Shown piece by piece: positions 52,672 through 62,390 of a DNA stretch of 64,000 nucleotides (its first letter is position 1; the number at the start of each line of letters is the position of its first letter). Origin of the DNA: a virus. The position numbers and the translations under genes are program-made. Under the pieces are notes generated by a model, which saw only the letters and a list, made by a program, of their open reading frames with translations, was not told where the DNA came from and ran no database searches. The DNA lies in IMG/VR virus record IMGVR_UViG_3300045988_074841, one strand, 5' to 3'.

Positions 52672-53713
52672 AAGCTACAACAGAATTAAGTGCTTTATTC
52701 ATATTATTATTAGCACTACCCCAAACAAGACTATTCATACGTTTCTCACCTTCAAGATTAGCAACGTTACAATAGAAACCAGTTACAGCATTATATGCAC
52801 CCCAAGCAGTACCACAAATATCTTTCTGACCAATACCATCATTATAGTAATCCATCATATTATAAAGTTGATTAGCTTTACGAGAAGATATTTCAACTGC
52901 TTCAAGAAGTCTATAATCACGAGCAACAAGTCTAGCGTAACCTTTATTAGGGTCGTACTGATTAATTCGTTCAATCTCAGCAGGAGTAAGTTGCAATTCA
53001 CAAAGATACTTATAAACTTGTTCATCATTCATCTTAATAGTAGTAAGATGACGATAAAGTTCTTGAGCATCTAAAGCATGAGAACAAGCAACTTTAAGTA
53101 CTTGAGCACCAAATTCAAGTTTCTCTTTTATAGACTTAGTATGTCTAAGTCTGATATGACAAGAAGCTTTATCTAATGCTCCATTAAGCATATTAGTACA
53201 AATAACACGAACAGGAGTAATCATAATATCTACAGATGAACCACCATCATGTCCATTACTAAACACAAGATAGTTATCTATAACATCGTCTTTACTTACA
53301 GAAGTTTGTATTGGAAGTTTAGCACTAACATATACTTTCTCTCCCATATTAAGACAAGCAGCTTTATCCCAAATTGCTTTACCTTCACCAATAGCGTTAT
53401 TAAAGAAGTTGAAAGCATCCATATTTTGAACAACTTCATACTTATCTTTAACTATACCTAAAGGATAGTTACAATCTGTACGATAGGTAGCATAAGCGTT
53501 AGCACACTCACGATAAATATTACCATCATGTACAAAAGCATCTTCACCTAAATCGTTATTACTACCTATTCTAAAAGGCATTTTACCTACAAGTTCACAC
53601 TTTTGCACAGACCAATCAAGACCTGCTTCTTTCATTACTTCTTGTGCAGTTGCACAACCTGAAACGTCTTTACCCATAGCCCAAGGAAGACCACCACGAT
53701 TAAATTTACTCAT
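52661..53713 (-). CDS. DUF932-like phage/plasmid replication-recombination associated protein (350 aa)
   Basis: Recalled family signatures GLPWAMG (PWHxLG-like), SNGHDGGSS...TPVRVICTNML, GTAWGAYNAVTGFYCNV. Confidence 0.55.
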   Translation of the reverse strand: MSKFNRGGLPWAMGKDVSGCATAQEVMKEAGLDWSVQKCELVGKMPFRIGSNNDLGEDAFVHDGNIYRECANAYATYRTDCNYPLGIVKDKYEVVQNMDAFNFFNNAIGEGKAIWDKAACLNMGEKVYVSAKLPIQTSVSKDDVIDNYLVFSNGHDGGSSVDIMITPVRVICTNMLNGALDKASCHIRLRHTKSIKEKLEFGAQVLKVACSHALDAQELYRHLTTIKMNDEQVYKYLCELQLTPAEIERINQYDPNKGYARLVARDYRLLEAVEISSRKANQLYNMMDYYNDGIGQKDICGTAWGAYNAVTGFYCNVANLEGEKRMNSLVWGSANNNMNKALNSVVAYAS

Positions 53714-53745
53714 AACTCAGCGTTATTAAATTGTTAAACATTAAA

Positions 53746-54018
53746 TTAAATATTATCAGTAGGAGGAAGAGCTTCTTGATTATCTTTACTTTCTCCTGTA
53801 TAGTCAGGATTTAAATCTTTAACGCTCCGTGAATCACGTATTACATTTGAAACAATAAGTTCTACACTAACTATATGTCTCTTTAGTTCTTCACCATTAT
53901 ATTTAAGATATGAAGCACTACTTGTAGCATCAGATAAATCTTCTGCTAGAATATTAACATTAAGAAAAGTATTAGCTTTTACTTTAATATTTGTTTTAAC
54001 GAAATATACATTATACAT
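53746..54018 (-). CDS. Hypothetical protein (90 aa)
   Basis: ATG ORF. Confidence 0.4.
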   Translation of the reverse strand: MYNVYFVKTNIKVKANTFLNVNILAEDLSDATSSASYLKYNGEELKRHIVSVELIVSNVIRDSRSVKDLNPDYTGESKDNQEALPPTDNI

Positions 54019-54034
54019 AATATTATTATTTATA

Positions 54035-54175
54035 TTAATAAGACTTTATATTTATACAACCTAAAGCAGAATCATAATTCACACTATTAGCATATAAATC
54101 ATCAACCATAACTTGACAGTCTCCATTATTTTCTTGGAGACTGTTAAGTTTTTGTATTAATTCTGAAACTCTCAT
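54035..54175 (-). CDS. Unlisted small ORF (46 aa, MRVSELIQKLNSLQENNGDCQVMVDDLYANSVNYDSALGCINIKSY)
   Basis: ATG 1 nt after upstream stop; fills otherwise empty 158-bp gap; below ORF-track size cutoff. Confidence 0.3.
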   Translation of the reverse strand: MRVSELIQKLNSLQENNGDCQVMVDDLYANSVNYDSALGCINIKSY

Positions 54176-54176
54176 A

Positions 54177-54941
54177 TTATTTGATAGTTAAATTATCATT
54201 TTCAACAAGTTTAGCAATATTGGAAACACAACCATCATCTTTGATTTTAACTTTCATAAGTTTCTTATCAATACTAGGTTTAAATTTCCAACCATAACGA
54301 TTAACAGCTCCGATATTAGTCATAAGCTGATAACCATCACCCTTGAGAAGGTCTGTAAGTTTAACTGGAACAGTAACCTCAATATTAACATCATCAAGGT
54401 CTTCTATTTCAATTTCACTACATTCGTAATTACCAGAATCTTTAGCAGTATTAACAATAGCATCAAGTAATGCTTGTTCGTCTACAGAAGAATTTTGATT
54501 AAGAGTACCGGTATATATACCATTAGCAAAAGTTACTTTAAGCATATCATTAATAGCTTCGAGTTTCTTACTATTAACTTCAATAGTTTCGCTTTTACGA
54601 ATAGTTACTTTACCAGTACCCCAATCAATCCACTTCTTACCTCTCTTATCTTCTGTACCATAATTTTTAATAGCAAAGAGAACAAGATTAGTAAGACCTT
54701 TAATTGTATTCTCTTTAGACTTCTTGAGTCTAGAAAGTCTATCAGTTTCAGACTTAATAGCAAGAATATCAGCATTCAAATTATTAATAAAGTTAGTTAT
54801 ATTCCTAACTTTATTAGTCATTTCTTGACCATTAATTTCAAGCTTTTCTTCTATTTCTGGAGTTATTTCTCCACCTGCTTCTTCAATCTCATCATAAAGA
54901 GAATATAATTCTCTATCAATATCAAAAATACTTTTTCCCAT
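54177..54941 (-). CDS. Siphovirus Gp157-like protein (254 aa)
   Basis: N-terminal L.EL..E.GGEITPEIEEKLE...I..L.A.I.AIK.E.DRL..R.K ... FAIKNYG...KKW pattern resembles Gp157 family; adjacent to DUF932 gene as commonly seen. Confidence 0.45.
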   Translation of the reverse strand: MGKSIFDIDRELYSLYDEIEEAGGEITPEIEEKLEINGQEMTNKVRNITNFINNLNADILAIKSETDRLSRLKKSKENTIKGLTNLVLFAIKNYGTEDKRGKKWIDWGTGKVTIRKSETIEVNSKKLEAINDMLKVTFANGIYTGTLNQNSSVDEQALLDAIVNTAKDSGNYECSEIEIEDLDDVNIEVTVPVKLTDLLKGDGYQLMTNIGAVNRYGWKFKPSIDKKLMKVKIKDDGCVSNIAKLVENDNLTIK

Positions 54942-54950
54942 ATTACTTAA

Positions 54951-55139
54951 TTATTTAATAGTTAAAGCTATATCTGCTTTATGAGTAATTTTACAATCTT
55001 CAACAGCAGAATAATTACGACCTACAGTAACACGAATTTCAACTTCAGGATTAGCTATTTCAAAATCACTAATTAACTTGAGAATAGCATTCTCTAAAGT
55101 CTTTGCATTCTTCTTAACTTCATTAATTGTCTTTTCCAT
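54951..55139 (-). CDS. Small hypothetical protein (62 aa)
   Basis: ATG ORF in tight operon. Confidence 0.35.
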   Translation of the reverse strand: MEKTINEVKKNAKTLENAILKLISDFEIANPEVEIRVTVGRNYSAVEDCKITHKADIALTIK

Positions 55140-55143
55140 AATT

Positions 55144-55359
55144 TTATAAGTTTAAATGAGTTTCTACATTATTTACTACACACAAAGGACATTCGTCAGT
55201 TAGCATGAATACAGTTTCAGCAGAACAATAACCGTTTGATTCAAGCCAATCTACAGCTCTTTCATTATCATCAGCAGCAGTTTTGTTTTCTGCGAAATCT
55301 TCAGTTACATCAACAACTTCAATTTGTCCAGCATTATAATTTAAAATACTTATCCACAT
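55144..55359 (-). CDS. Small hypothetical protein (71 aa)
   Basis: ATG ORF overlapping thyX stop. Confidence 0.4.
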   Translation of the reverse strand: MWISILNYNAGQIEVVDVTEDFAENKTAADDNERAVDWLESNGYCSAETVFMLTDECPLCVVNNVETHLNL

Positions 55360-56378
55360 GTTGTATAATTAATTAAATTTTTAACTTTATCAGCAAGTTC
55401 TTTAGCCATAGGATGAGGAGCTCCACTAACACCATTAGAACGTAAATCAATATAATGCTCCCAATCATCAACAAAAGCAGTATGAACTACTTGAGTTTTA
55501 GTATTAAGAGGAAGAATTTCTCTAGCTTGTTGTGCAGTCCAACCAAGTTCACGAGTTTTACGATAAACTAAATCACAAATTTGAAGACCATATAAAAACC
55601 AATCTACAGCAACCCAATTATAAGTATTCTTAGCTTCAATAAGATGAGTAGATTTATCATAAATTTCTTCATCACTATAAAAACCATTATTATACGTAGT
55701 TACATTAAATTCGTCATTAGTATCTATAGTTTTAATCCAAGGAAGTTTAGCAACAGTTATTCCATTACCAAATTTACCTTTATCATAAGCACAATATCTA
55801 GTACTTTCTTCACTAATACTATTAACTCTATGACGATTAAGTTCACGACTAGCACCAATATCTGTTATAAAACAAACAGTAGGTCTTGGAATATAGTAAG
55901 GACAATTAGGAGTTTCATCTATGAAATCAAGAGTATCAACAGCATAATTTTCTATTATTACTCTAAGATTTGTAGTAACATAATTATAACCATTATGATT
56001 ATTAATTCTACTATATTTATTATGTGAATATGTATTTACACACATATCAACAGCACTAGGAATAAAAGTAGGAAATTTAAGATGAACTGTTGCATGTTCA
56101 CAACAACTTAAATGAAGACTTGTTAAATCTACATCACCATAAGAATTTTGAGCAAGTATTCGTTCAAATCTGTTATTAACATTTATCTTACTATAACCAA
56201 GGAAATCATGTCCTTTAAAAATAGTTCTAACAAGAAAATCATAGGCATTTTCATCTTTATTTTTAGGAGTACTTTGATAGCAAACACGAGCACATCTAGC
56301 TACATGTTTAAAAATACTCTCTAAATCATAACCATCTTGTTTCCAAAGTTCAACACTAGGATTTACAACTTTAATCAT
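55350..56378 (-). CDS. thyX: Flavin-dependent thymidylate synthase ThyX
   Basis: ThyX signature ELNRHRVNSISEESTRYC (RHRxxSxxxxSxRY). Confidence 0.8.
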   Translation of the reverse strand: MIKVVNPSVELWKQDGYDLESIFKHVARCARVCYQSTPKNKDENAYDFLVRTIFKGHDFLGYSKINVNNRFERILAQNSYGDVDLTSLHLSCCEHATVHLKFPTFIPSAVDMCVNTYSHNKYSRINNHNGYNYVTTNLRVIIENYAVDTLDFIDETPNCPYYIPRPTVCFITDIGASRELNRHRVNSISEESTRYCAYDKGKFGNGITVAKLPWIKTIDTNDEFNVTTYNNGFYSDEEIYDKSTHLIEAKNTYNWVAVDWFLYGLQICDLVYRKTRELGWTAQQAREILPLNTKTQVVHTAFVDDWEHYIDLRSNGVSGAPHPMAKELADKVKNLINYTTCG

Positions 56379-56383
56379 ATTAT

Positions 56384-57034
56384 TTACTTTTTATGTTTAA
56401 CAAAATCTTTTCCAGCAGCATATTCTTCAGGAGAAATAGCTACTACATTTTCTTTATTTTCACTAGTAACAGGAATTTCTTTATTGTCAGCAGATAAATT
56501 ATACACATATCCATCTTCGTCTTTACAAAGATGGTCAAAACCATAGGTAGCTATAATTTCATTAGTTACATCTTGTCTACTAGTTACTTCAATAAGAACA
56601 AGTTTATCTGTTTTAACAAGAGTAGAAATATCAATGAAAGTTGACTCTACCCGCCCCGTAGAAGGTATGGTAGGTTCATGCCCATCATTACTAGCTTGCC
56701 AAGCTAATAACATATTACAATAATTACCTAAATCTTGAATAGTATCAAACATACTTTCATCTTCAACATTAGGATTATTATAACCATTAAAATCATCTTC
56801 AATAAGATGAACTAAACGATTAGCTTTATCATACATTCTAGCTAGACCATATCTATAGCCTAGTTTATCACAACCTTTATTGAAAGCATTACCATAATCA
56901 GCATTTTTCTTAGCCATAAGATTAAGCATTTTATTTTGCTGGTCACGTAATGCAACAACTTCAGGAGTTACAAGATGTTTTGGAACTACTCCATTAAGAG
57001 CAGCTTTCCAATAATTTAAATCACTTTCTGTCAT
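56384..57034 (-). CDS. DUF1599-like (nucleotide-modification-associated) protein (216 aa)
   Basis: N-terminal KNADYGNAF...LARMYDKANRL resembles DUF1599 DYG / DKxxR pattern (from memory); contains in-frame GC-rich element (PSTGRVE). Confidence 0.4.
   Translation of the reverse strand: MTESDLNYWKAALNGVVPKHLVTPEVVALRDQQNKMLNLMAKKNADYGNAFNKGCDKLGYRYGLARMYDKANRLVHLIEDDFNGYNNPNVEDESMFDTIQDLGNYCNMLLAWQASNDGHEPTIPSTGRVESTFIDISTLVKTDKLVLIEVTSRQDVTNEIIATYGFDHLCKDEDGYVYNLSADNKEIPVTSENKENVVAISPEEYAAGKDFVKHKK
56651..56664 (+). repeat. GC-rich element copy (CCGCCCCGTAGAAGGTATGG) inside (-)-strand DUF1599-like gene
   Basis: seen in sequence. Confidence 0.8.
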
Positions 57035-57040
57035 AACTAA

Positions 57041-57307
57041 TTAATTAATACTTATAAGTTTATTTTCTACACACCAATTAAAAGCTAATGAAATAACTCT
57101 TTCAGGAGTATTAGCTTCAAAATCTTTAATAGTACAAAAATCTTCATCAACCCACATGATAATATAGTCATCATTTTCATGAATTAATGCAGGTTTTGCA
57201 CCATCTTTATTAACAACATAAATGTCTGTATCATCCGTTTTACTAATAGAAGGAAGAGAAGTAAACATTTTCATTGCTAATGCTAATAAACTATCATTAG
57301 TTAACAT
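57041..57307 (-). CDS. Small hypothetical protein (88 aa)
   Basis: ATG ORF; has a frameshifted paralogue immediately upstream. Confidence 0.45.
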   Translation of the reverse strand: MLTNDSLLALAMKMFTSLPSISKTDDTDIYVVNKDGAKPALIHENDDYIIMWVDEDFCTIKDFEANTPERVISLAFNWCVENKLISIN

Positions 57308-57312
57308 AATTC

Positions 57313-57791
57313 TTATTTTATATAAGTAGGATTTATTATAAGACCTTTATCTAAACACCATTTAAAAGCATTTCTAATAGCTTGTTCTGGAGTAATACCA
57401 CTAATATAATGAAGTGAATCTCCTTCATCACCTATCCAATCAATAGCATATTTATCTTCAAAACAATAAAGCTGAGGAATGTAACCACGGTCTTTTTCAC
57501 ATGTTACAAAATTATCAGCTTTTTCTTCTATTGTAATACATGGAAGTTGAATAAATAATAGAAATTCATCAGCAGCTTCAAAATCAGTTTTTAACTGTAT
57601 ATGAAGTCTTCCTGTAGTATCTAAACATCTGTTATTGGAAACATTTCTCTTTCTAGTAATTCGTTAGGAATTTCATGAGCCATTCCTTCATAAATACTAA
57701 CTGAATAATGAGAATCTTTTGGGTCTGTTTCTTCAAATACAACTAGAGCATTATGAGAAACAGTTACATCAATAGCATTTTTTAATTTCAT
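57313..57791 (-). pseudogene. Frameshifted paralogue of the 57041..57307 gene (needs -1 shift between ~57680 and 57621)
   Basis: Frame A ATG 57791 gives 56 aa then TAG at 57621-57623; frame B (no ATG) continues to TAA 57313-57315 and is homologous to the C-terminal half of the neighbour (…DWIGDEGDSLHYISGITPEQAIRNAFKWCLDKGLI vs …MWVDEDFCTIKDFEANTPERVISLAFNWCVENKLI). Confidence 0.5.
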
Positions 57792-57802
57792 AATTTTACT
57801 TT

Positions 57803-58060
57803 TTAAATTTCACTAATTTGTTTCTTAATATTCTCTATTTCTCCTTTAACTTCAATACGTATGATATTTTCATACTTTGCCAAGATGTCTTTTATAGGAG
57901 ACAAATCTTCAAGGTTACAAAGACTATCTCTATTACCTAAGTAACCTTTCTTATAATAAGAAAGATGAGTGTCATTGTTATCTAACATATGATACACTCC
58001 TTTCAACTCATTTAATCTCTTATCAAGAGAAATAACTTCATTGTACTGTTCTTCTGTCAT
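57803..58060 (-). CDS. Hypothetical protein (85 aa)
   Basis: ATG ORF. Confidence 0.4.
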   Translation of the reverse strand: MTEEQYNEVISLDKRLNELKGVYHMLDNNDTHLSYYKKGYLGNRDSLCNLEDLSPIKDILAKYENIIRIEVKGEIENIKKQISEI

Positions 58061-58078
58061 AATTGTTATTTTATTAAG

Positions 58079-59551
58079 TTAAATATCCATTGTTCCTACA
58101 GCTTCAATAGTTCTTCCACTAGGTAAATGAATCAAATGATTCTCCATACATTCAGCAGTAGTTTTATCTAGAGGAAAACTAAGTCTATCTTGCAGATTAT
58201 AATATCTAGCAAAATCTTTAATATCATCAAACCAAAGAGTATGACAACCTATTCTAAATCTCCATTCTTTATATCCTAGAAAATCAGATTTATCTTTATA
58301 ATGAGTAATATCGACATATTTATCTGAATAGTCAATTCTTGAAACACAGAAAGAACCAATTCTAAACTTATCATATTTAAAGACAAATTCAGTTTTACCG
58401 CTAAGAATATAATTAGTATAAAGCTGATTAAATATATTAATAGCAGTTTCTAAAGGAACTAAAGCACCTCTACTAGTTTCAACCCAATTAGGTTTATTAG
58501 GTTTAAGTCTAAGTTGAGTATTAGGAAACATAGTATGATACAATACACTATCCATAGCTTTAATTTCTCTAGTATCAGGATTTGAATAATACATAGTATA
58601 ATGGATTTCTTGTTTTGTACCTCCTTTTCTCCATTCATCAATAGTTTGATTAGCTTTAGCTAAAGCTGCTTTATAATTATTTTCAGTTTTAATATTATAT
58701 TCAGCTTCTCTTTTACGAAAAGCTTCTTCTTCAGCTTTATCTTTAGCTTCTACTTCTGCAACATATTCATTAGACCATTTCTTGTTAAGCTCTGCCCAAC
58801 TAATTCCTTTATGAAGACAAAACTTAGTATAGAACTTACATTTCTTAATATACTCTTTTTGCTCATCAGTAAATAGAGCATCATTAAGAATAGCATTAAT
58901 TGAAGGAAAATCAACTTTATAGCTATTAATCCAAAATCCTTTATCAGATAAAGGCTTACATTTAGGAATAAACTTATATTTATCTACAAGAGTTTTAATA
59001 GCTATAAAATATTCATTTCTTTTATTTGCTATAAAACTATGGTCAGGAATTTGTTTACTTATAGAACTAAGTACTTTATATTCATGTCCAAAAGTCTCAA
59101 GATACTTCTTAATAAGATACTTTGCATACATTTTAATAAGTATCTTTTTGTTCTTTGGTTCAGTTATATCATAAATAGGAATATCTTCTTCTGTTTTATA
59201 AATAGCATAACCTGCTGGAAGACCACGTTCAATATCCCAATCATATTCAGTTCCTTCTTTAATTACAGCTATTTTACGTTTACGGTCAATACGAGCCATA
59301 CAAGAACCTTTAAGACCTCCACACCAGCCTTCTTTATCCCAATTATTTTTAATATAATCAGGAGTAAGTTTTTCAGCTAGACCTTTTCCTCTATGAAAGA
59401 AATAACCATAAGCAAAACAATAGCAGTGATAACTACTATCATAATATCCATACTCATCACGATGAATACCTTCATGGATACCTTCACTTTTAGTAATAGC
59501 ATGTCTAACTCTTTGTTTCTTAGGTTCAGCACCTACTTTACTTTTAGTCAT
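58079..59551 (-). CDS. Hypothetical protein (490 aa), central coiled-coil
   Basis: Long intact ORF; Cys/His/Tyr-rich N-terminus; no motif recognised. Confidence 0.5.
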   Translation of the reverse strand: MTKSKVGAEPKKQRVRHAITKSEGIHEGIHRDEYGYYDSSYHCYCFAYGYFFHRGKGLAEKLTPDYIKNNWDKEGWCGGLKGSCMARIDRKRKIAVIKEGTEYDWDIERGLPAGYAIYKTEEDIPIYDITEPKNKKILIKMYAKYLIKKYLETFGHEYKVLSSISKQIPDHSFIANKRNEYFIAIKTLVDKYKFIPKCKPLSDKGFWINSYKVDFPSINAILNDALFTDEQKEYIKKCKFYTKFCLHKGISWAELNKKWSNEYVAEVEAKDKAEEEAFRKREAEYNIKTENNYKAALAKANQTIDEWRKGGTKQEIHYTMYYSNPDTREIKAMDSVLYHTMFPNTQLRLKPNKPNWVETSRGALVPLETAINIFNQLYTNYILSGKTEFVFKYDKFRIGSFCVSRIDYSDKYVDITHYKDKSDFLGYKEWRFRIGCHTLWFDDIKDFARYYNLQDRLSFPLDKTTAECMENHLIHLPSGRTIEAVGTMDI

Positions 59552-59591
59552 AATTTTATTTTTTTAAATGTTCTACAATAAGTACATTATT

Positions 59592-59708
59592 TTAAATTGC
59601 ATGATTGCGAATAGCATAATAAATAAGCATTAAAATTCCTATTATTACATAAGGTATAATAATAACGAAACAACCAAAGCAACCACTATTGTAATCTTCA
59701 TTAGTCAT
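59592..59708 (-). CDS. Unlisted small hydrophobic peptide (38 aa, MTNEDYNSGCFGCFVIIIPYVIIGILMLIYYAIRNHAI)
   Basis: ATG ORF in 310-bp intergenic region; single TM helix; below ORF-track cutoff. Confidence 0.25.
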   Translation of the reverse strand: MTNEDYNSGCFGCFVIIIPYVIIGILMLIYYAIRNHAI

Positions 59709-59831
59709 ATTATTAAGTTATTTAATATTTTAATTTTGTTTCTAACGAATTGAATTTAGTTATATGAATAACTAATAAGCGAGCATAATAAAGCCGCTCA
59801 CACATGAAGTAAAGTGGAAATCTGCCACATT

Positions 59832-59845
59832 CTTCTACGGGGCGG
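59832..59845 (-). repeat. Solitary intergenic GC-rich element copy (CACATTCTTCTACGGGGCGG)
   Basis: seen in sequence. Confidence 0.8.
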
Positions 59846-59861
59846 CTCTAGCAATTTGATG

Positions 59862-60218
59862 TTATATGTTCAACTGATACACTTCACCATCAGGTTGAGC
59901 ATCAACAAGTTTAACTTCAACATTAGTATCTACAGTCATAGTATTAAGAATAGAATCTTCAATAACTTCTTTAGGAATAGAAAACTTTAATCTACTATAA
60001 TTATCTTTATTAGTTATACTAAATCTACCATCAACATTATTCATGCTAACAGCTAGAAAATAATCATCTCGTTTAATAGTTTCATTCCATCGTTTCATAA
60101 ACTTATAGAACATTCTAAACTTTATTTCTCGACTATATAATCTTTTAAACTTTGGAGAATACCAAGTTTTATGTTTATCTAATTCTTCTTTTACATTATC
60201 ATAAGCATTTAAATTCAT
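59862..60218 (-). CDS. Hypothetical protein (118 aa)
   Basis: ATG ORF 8 nt after ligase stop. Confidence 0.45.
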   Translation of the reverse strand: MNLNAYDNVKEELDKHKTWYSPKFKRLYSREIKFRMFYKFMKRWNETIKRDDYFLAVSMNNVDGRFSITNKDNYSRLKFSIPKEVIEDSILNTMTVDTNVEVKLVDAQPDGEVYQLNI

Positions 60219-60226
60219 TGTTATAT

Positions 60227-61426
60227 TTACTTTTGAATGTCCACTAATTTACAATGAAAAGGCACGTTCTTTACACCCGACCTTTCACGAAACTCACAAG
60301 TTGCAAGTTTACCAATAAAATCTTCTTTATGTTTAAGAATATATTCTTGTCTTGAATGGTCAAAATTACCAGTAGCTTCAAATAGTTCATCATTGATGTC
60401 ATTTTTAAGAACAAACTTACAAAGTGTAGTTCTAACTCCTTCAGGAACAACATCAATAATTTTAAACTTAGCATCATCAACTCGTTTATATTTAAGCATA
60501 GCTAAATTACGAGCACCAAATTGATAAGCAGAATCAACATCACGAATAATAAGACCTTCAAAACCAAGACTTATAAATTTATCTCTAAATCTTGTAGCAT
60601 CATCAATATTACTAATAACTACATCTGGTAATAATACAAGTTTACTCTTGTTATTAAGATGCTGTTCATAAGTATCAAAAGTATAACATAGTCTACTTAT
60701 GTTATCATTCTTAAACTTACGTCTAGCTTCATAACTCATATTATCAATAGCAATATCATAACACCAATACTGAAGAAGTAGATGTTGAGGAAGTTTTTCA
60801 TTCTTAACAAAACTATTAATATCATTTACTTTATAACCAGGAATATAAAGTTCACCATCAAGGCAAGCTCCTTCTTCAATCATAGCATCAAGTAAATCAT
60901 CTTTAATAGCTGGAAGAATTACTTCATCCATCCAAGTAAGTTTAGGAGTCCAATCAGTACCTTCTCTAGAACGATAAGTAAGTCTAACAGGATTAAACAT
61001 ATCATTAGTTTGTTCAGCACCAACAATACATCTAACTCCATTAATTTTATATTGACCTAAGTAACTACGTTTATCAAAAGGTTTATTATCTTTAAGTACT
61101 TTTGCAAGCATTGGAAGAACAAAACCTTCATCAGTAGTATTATTCTTTGGAAGATAAGTATTAAGATAATTAATTAAACTAACATAATCAGGAAAACTTT
61201 CAGGAGCATTATCTTTAAGCTCAGAAACTTCTTTATATCCTTCTTTACGTTTAGCTTTAATACGAGACTCAATCTCATTACCTTTAACTAACTTTCTAGC
61301 AACTTCTTCATCGTGAACAGTAGCTCCAGCTACTAAACCATATTTCAAAGATATGTTACCATTAGGAAGTTCAGATATATCCCAAAATTGAGGTTCGCCT
61401 TTAGCGTTTCTTTTATATAGTCTCAT
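60227..61426 (-). CDS. ATP-dependent DNA ligase
   Basis: Motif I QYKINGVR (KxDGxR-like), motif III LDGELY, motif IV EGLIIRD, motif V LKYKRV. Confidence 0.75.
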   Translation of the reverse strand: MRLYKRNAKGEPQFWDISELPNGNISLKYGLVAGATVHDEEVARKLVKGNEIESRIKAKRKEGYKEVSELKDNAPESFPDYVSLINYLNTYLPKNNTTDEGFVLPMLAKVLKDNKPFDKRSYLGQYKINGVRCIVGAEQTNDMFNPVRLTYRSREGTDWTPKLTWMDEVILPAIKDDLLDAMIEEGACLDGELYIPGYKVNDINSFVKNEKLPQHLLLQYWCYDIAIDNMSYEARRKFKNDNISRLCYTFDTYEQHLNNKSKLVLLPDVVISNIDDATRFRDKFISLGFEGLIIRDVDSAYQFGARNLAMLKYKRVDDAKFKIIDVVPEGVRTTLCKFVLKNDINDELFEATGNFDHSRQEYILKHKEDFIGKLATCEFRERSGVKNVPFHCKLVDIQK

Positions 61427-61920
61427 ATATTAATTTTAAGTTTACTAATAAGTTTAGCTCTAGCTTGAGCATTTAACTGAGCAGCACTTTGAGTTTTCTC
61501 TTTCTTAGGTTTTTCAAAACCATCAAGAGTTCCTTCTTTAGCTTTCTTTTTAGTAGTACGAGTAGTCTTCTTTAAACCTTTCTTCTTGTCATATATGATA
61601 GGAGGATTATCTTCTTCATATTTAAGATTACGTTTATGTAAAGCTACAAGTTTAGAAACATATTCGTCTCTTTTATTTTCATCAATCCACCCTTGTTCAA
61701 GAGCATAATTAATTCCATACAGAGTACGACTAACTTCATATTGATAAGGAGTACCAATAGTTTGCATCATTCTCATATCATCTTTAATACGAGAACAATC
61801 AAGACGAACACAAGCTTTAGCAACAAATTCATCAGCACCACAAGTACTAATATCTTTGATAGCCATAACTTTAACTTGTTCATCTATTACCATAGTATAA
61901 GCTTTTGGAAATCTTACCAT
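61423..61920 (-). CDS. Hypothetical protein (165 aa) with basic C-terminal tail
   Basis: ATGA overlap with ligase gene; K/T-rich C-terminus. Confidence 0.45.
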   Translation of the reverse strand: MVRFPKAYTMVIDEQVKVMAIKDISTCGADEFVAKACVRLDCSRIKDDMRMMQTIGTPYQYEVSRTLYGINYALEQGWIDENKRDEYVSKLVALHKRNLKYEEDNPPIIYDKKKGLKKTTRTTKKKAKEGTLDGFEKPKKEKTQSAAQLNAQARAKLISKLKINI

Positions 61921-62390
61921 TGTTTAGCTATTAATCTGAATATTACAACTTTATCTGGTTTACCTAGACGACCATGAGCATATTGAGCCATAGCACCAAT
62001 ATCATCAGTTTCTCTAGTTTGATACATTTTTGTAGGAGTTTTACAAGTATGAGTATCATAATCGTAATTAAGAGGAATATGAACAACATCTTTAAAAGGA
62101 ATTAATTCGTTTAAAGCATCATAATCTTCAGTACCATCATGAAAATCTACTTCTCCATACGAAAATATATTGTCTTTATCAAGATCAAAAGTAATACCAC
62201 CTCTAGTTATAGAAATAGCTCTACCTTTATCAAGTAGAGCTTCTTCTTTGTCACTTATCCAAGTCATAAGAATACGAGTTTGTGATTTTATTTTATTACC
62301 AGCTTTCTCAGTATGGCAAATCACAGTCTGATAATCTTTTGAAATAGGCATCGGTATTACTCTTATCTTTTCTGTATCGGATTTCGACAT
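61914..62390 (-). CDS. Hypothetical protein (158 aa)
   Basis: ATG ORF; 83-nt overlap with primase 3' end. Confidence 0.45.
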   Translation of the reverse strand: MSKSDTEKIRVIPMPISKDYQTVICHTEKAGNKIKSQTRILMTWISDKEEALLDKGRAISITRGGITFDLDKDNIFSYGEVDFHDGTEDYDALNELIPFKDVVHIPLNYDYDTHTCKTPTKMYQTRETDDIGAMAQYAHGRLGKPDKVVIFRLIAKQW

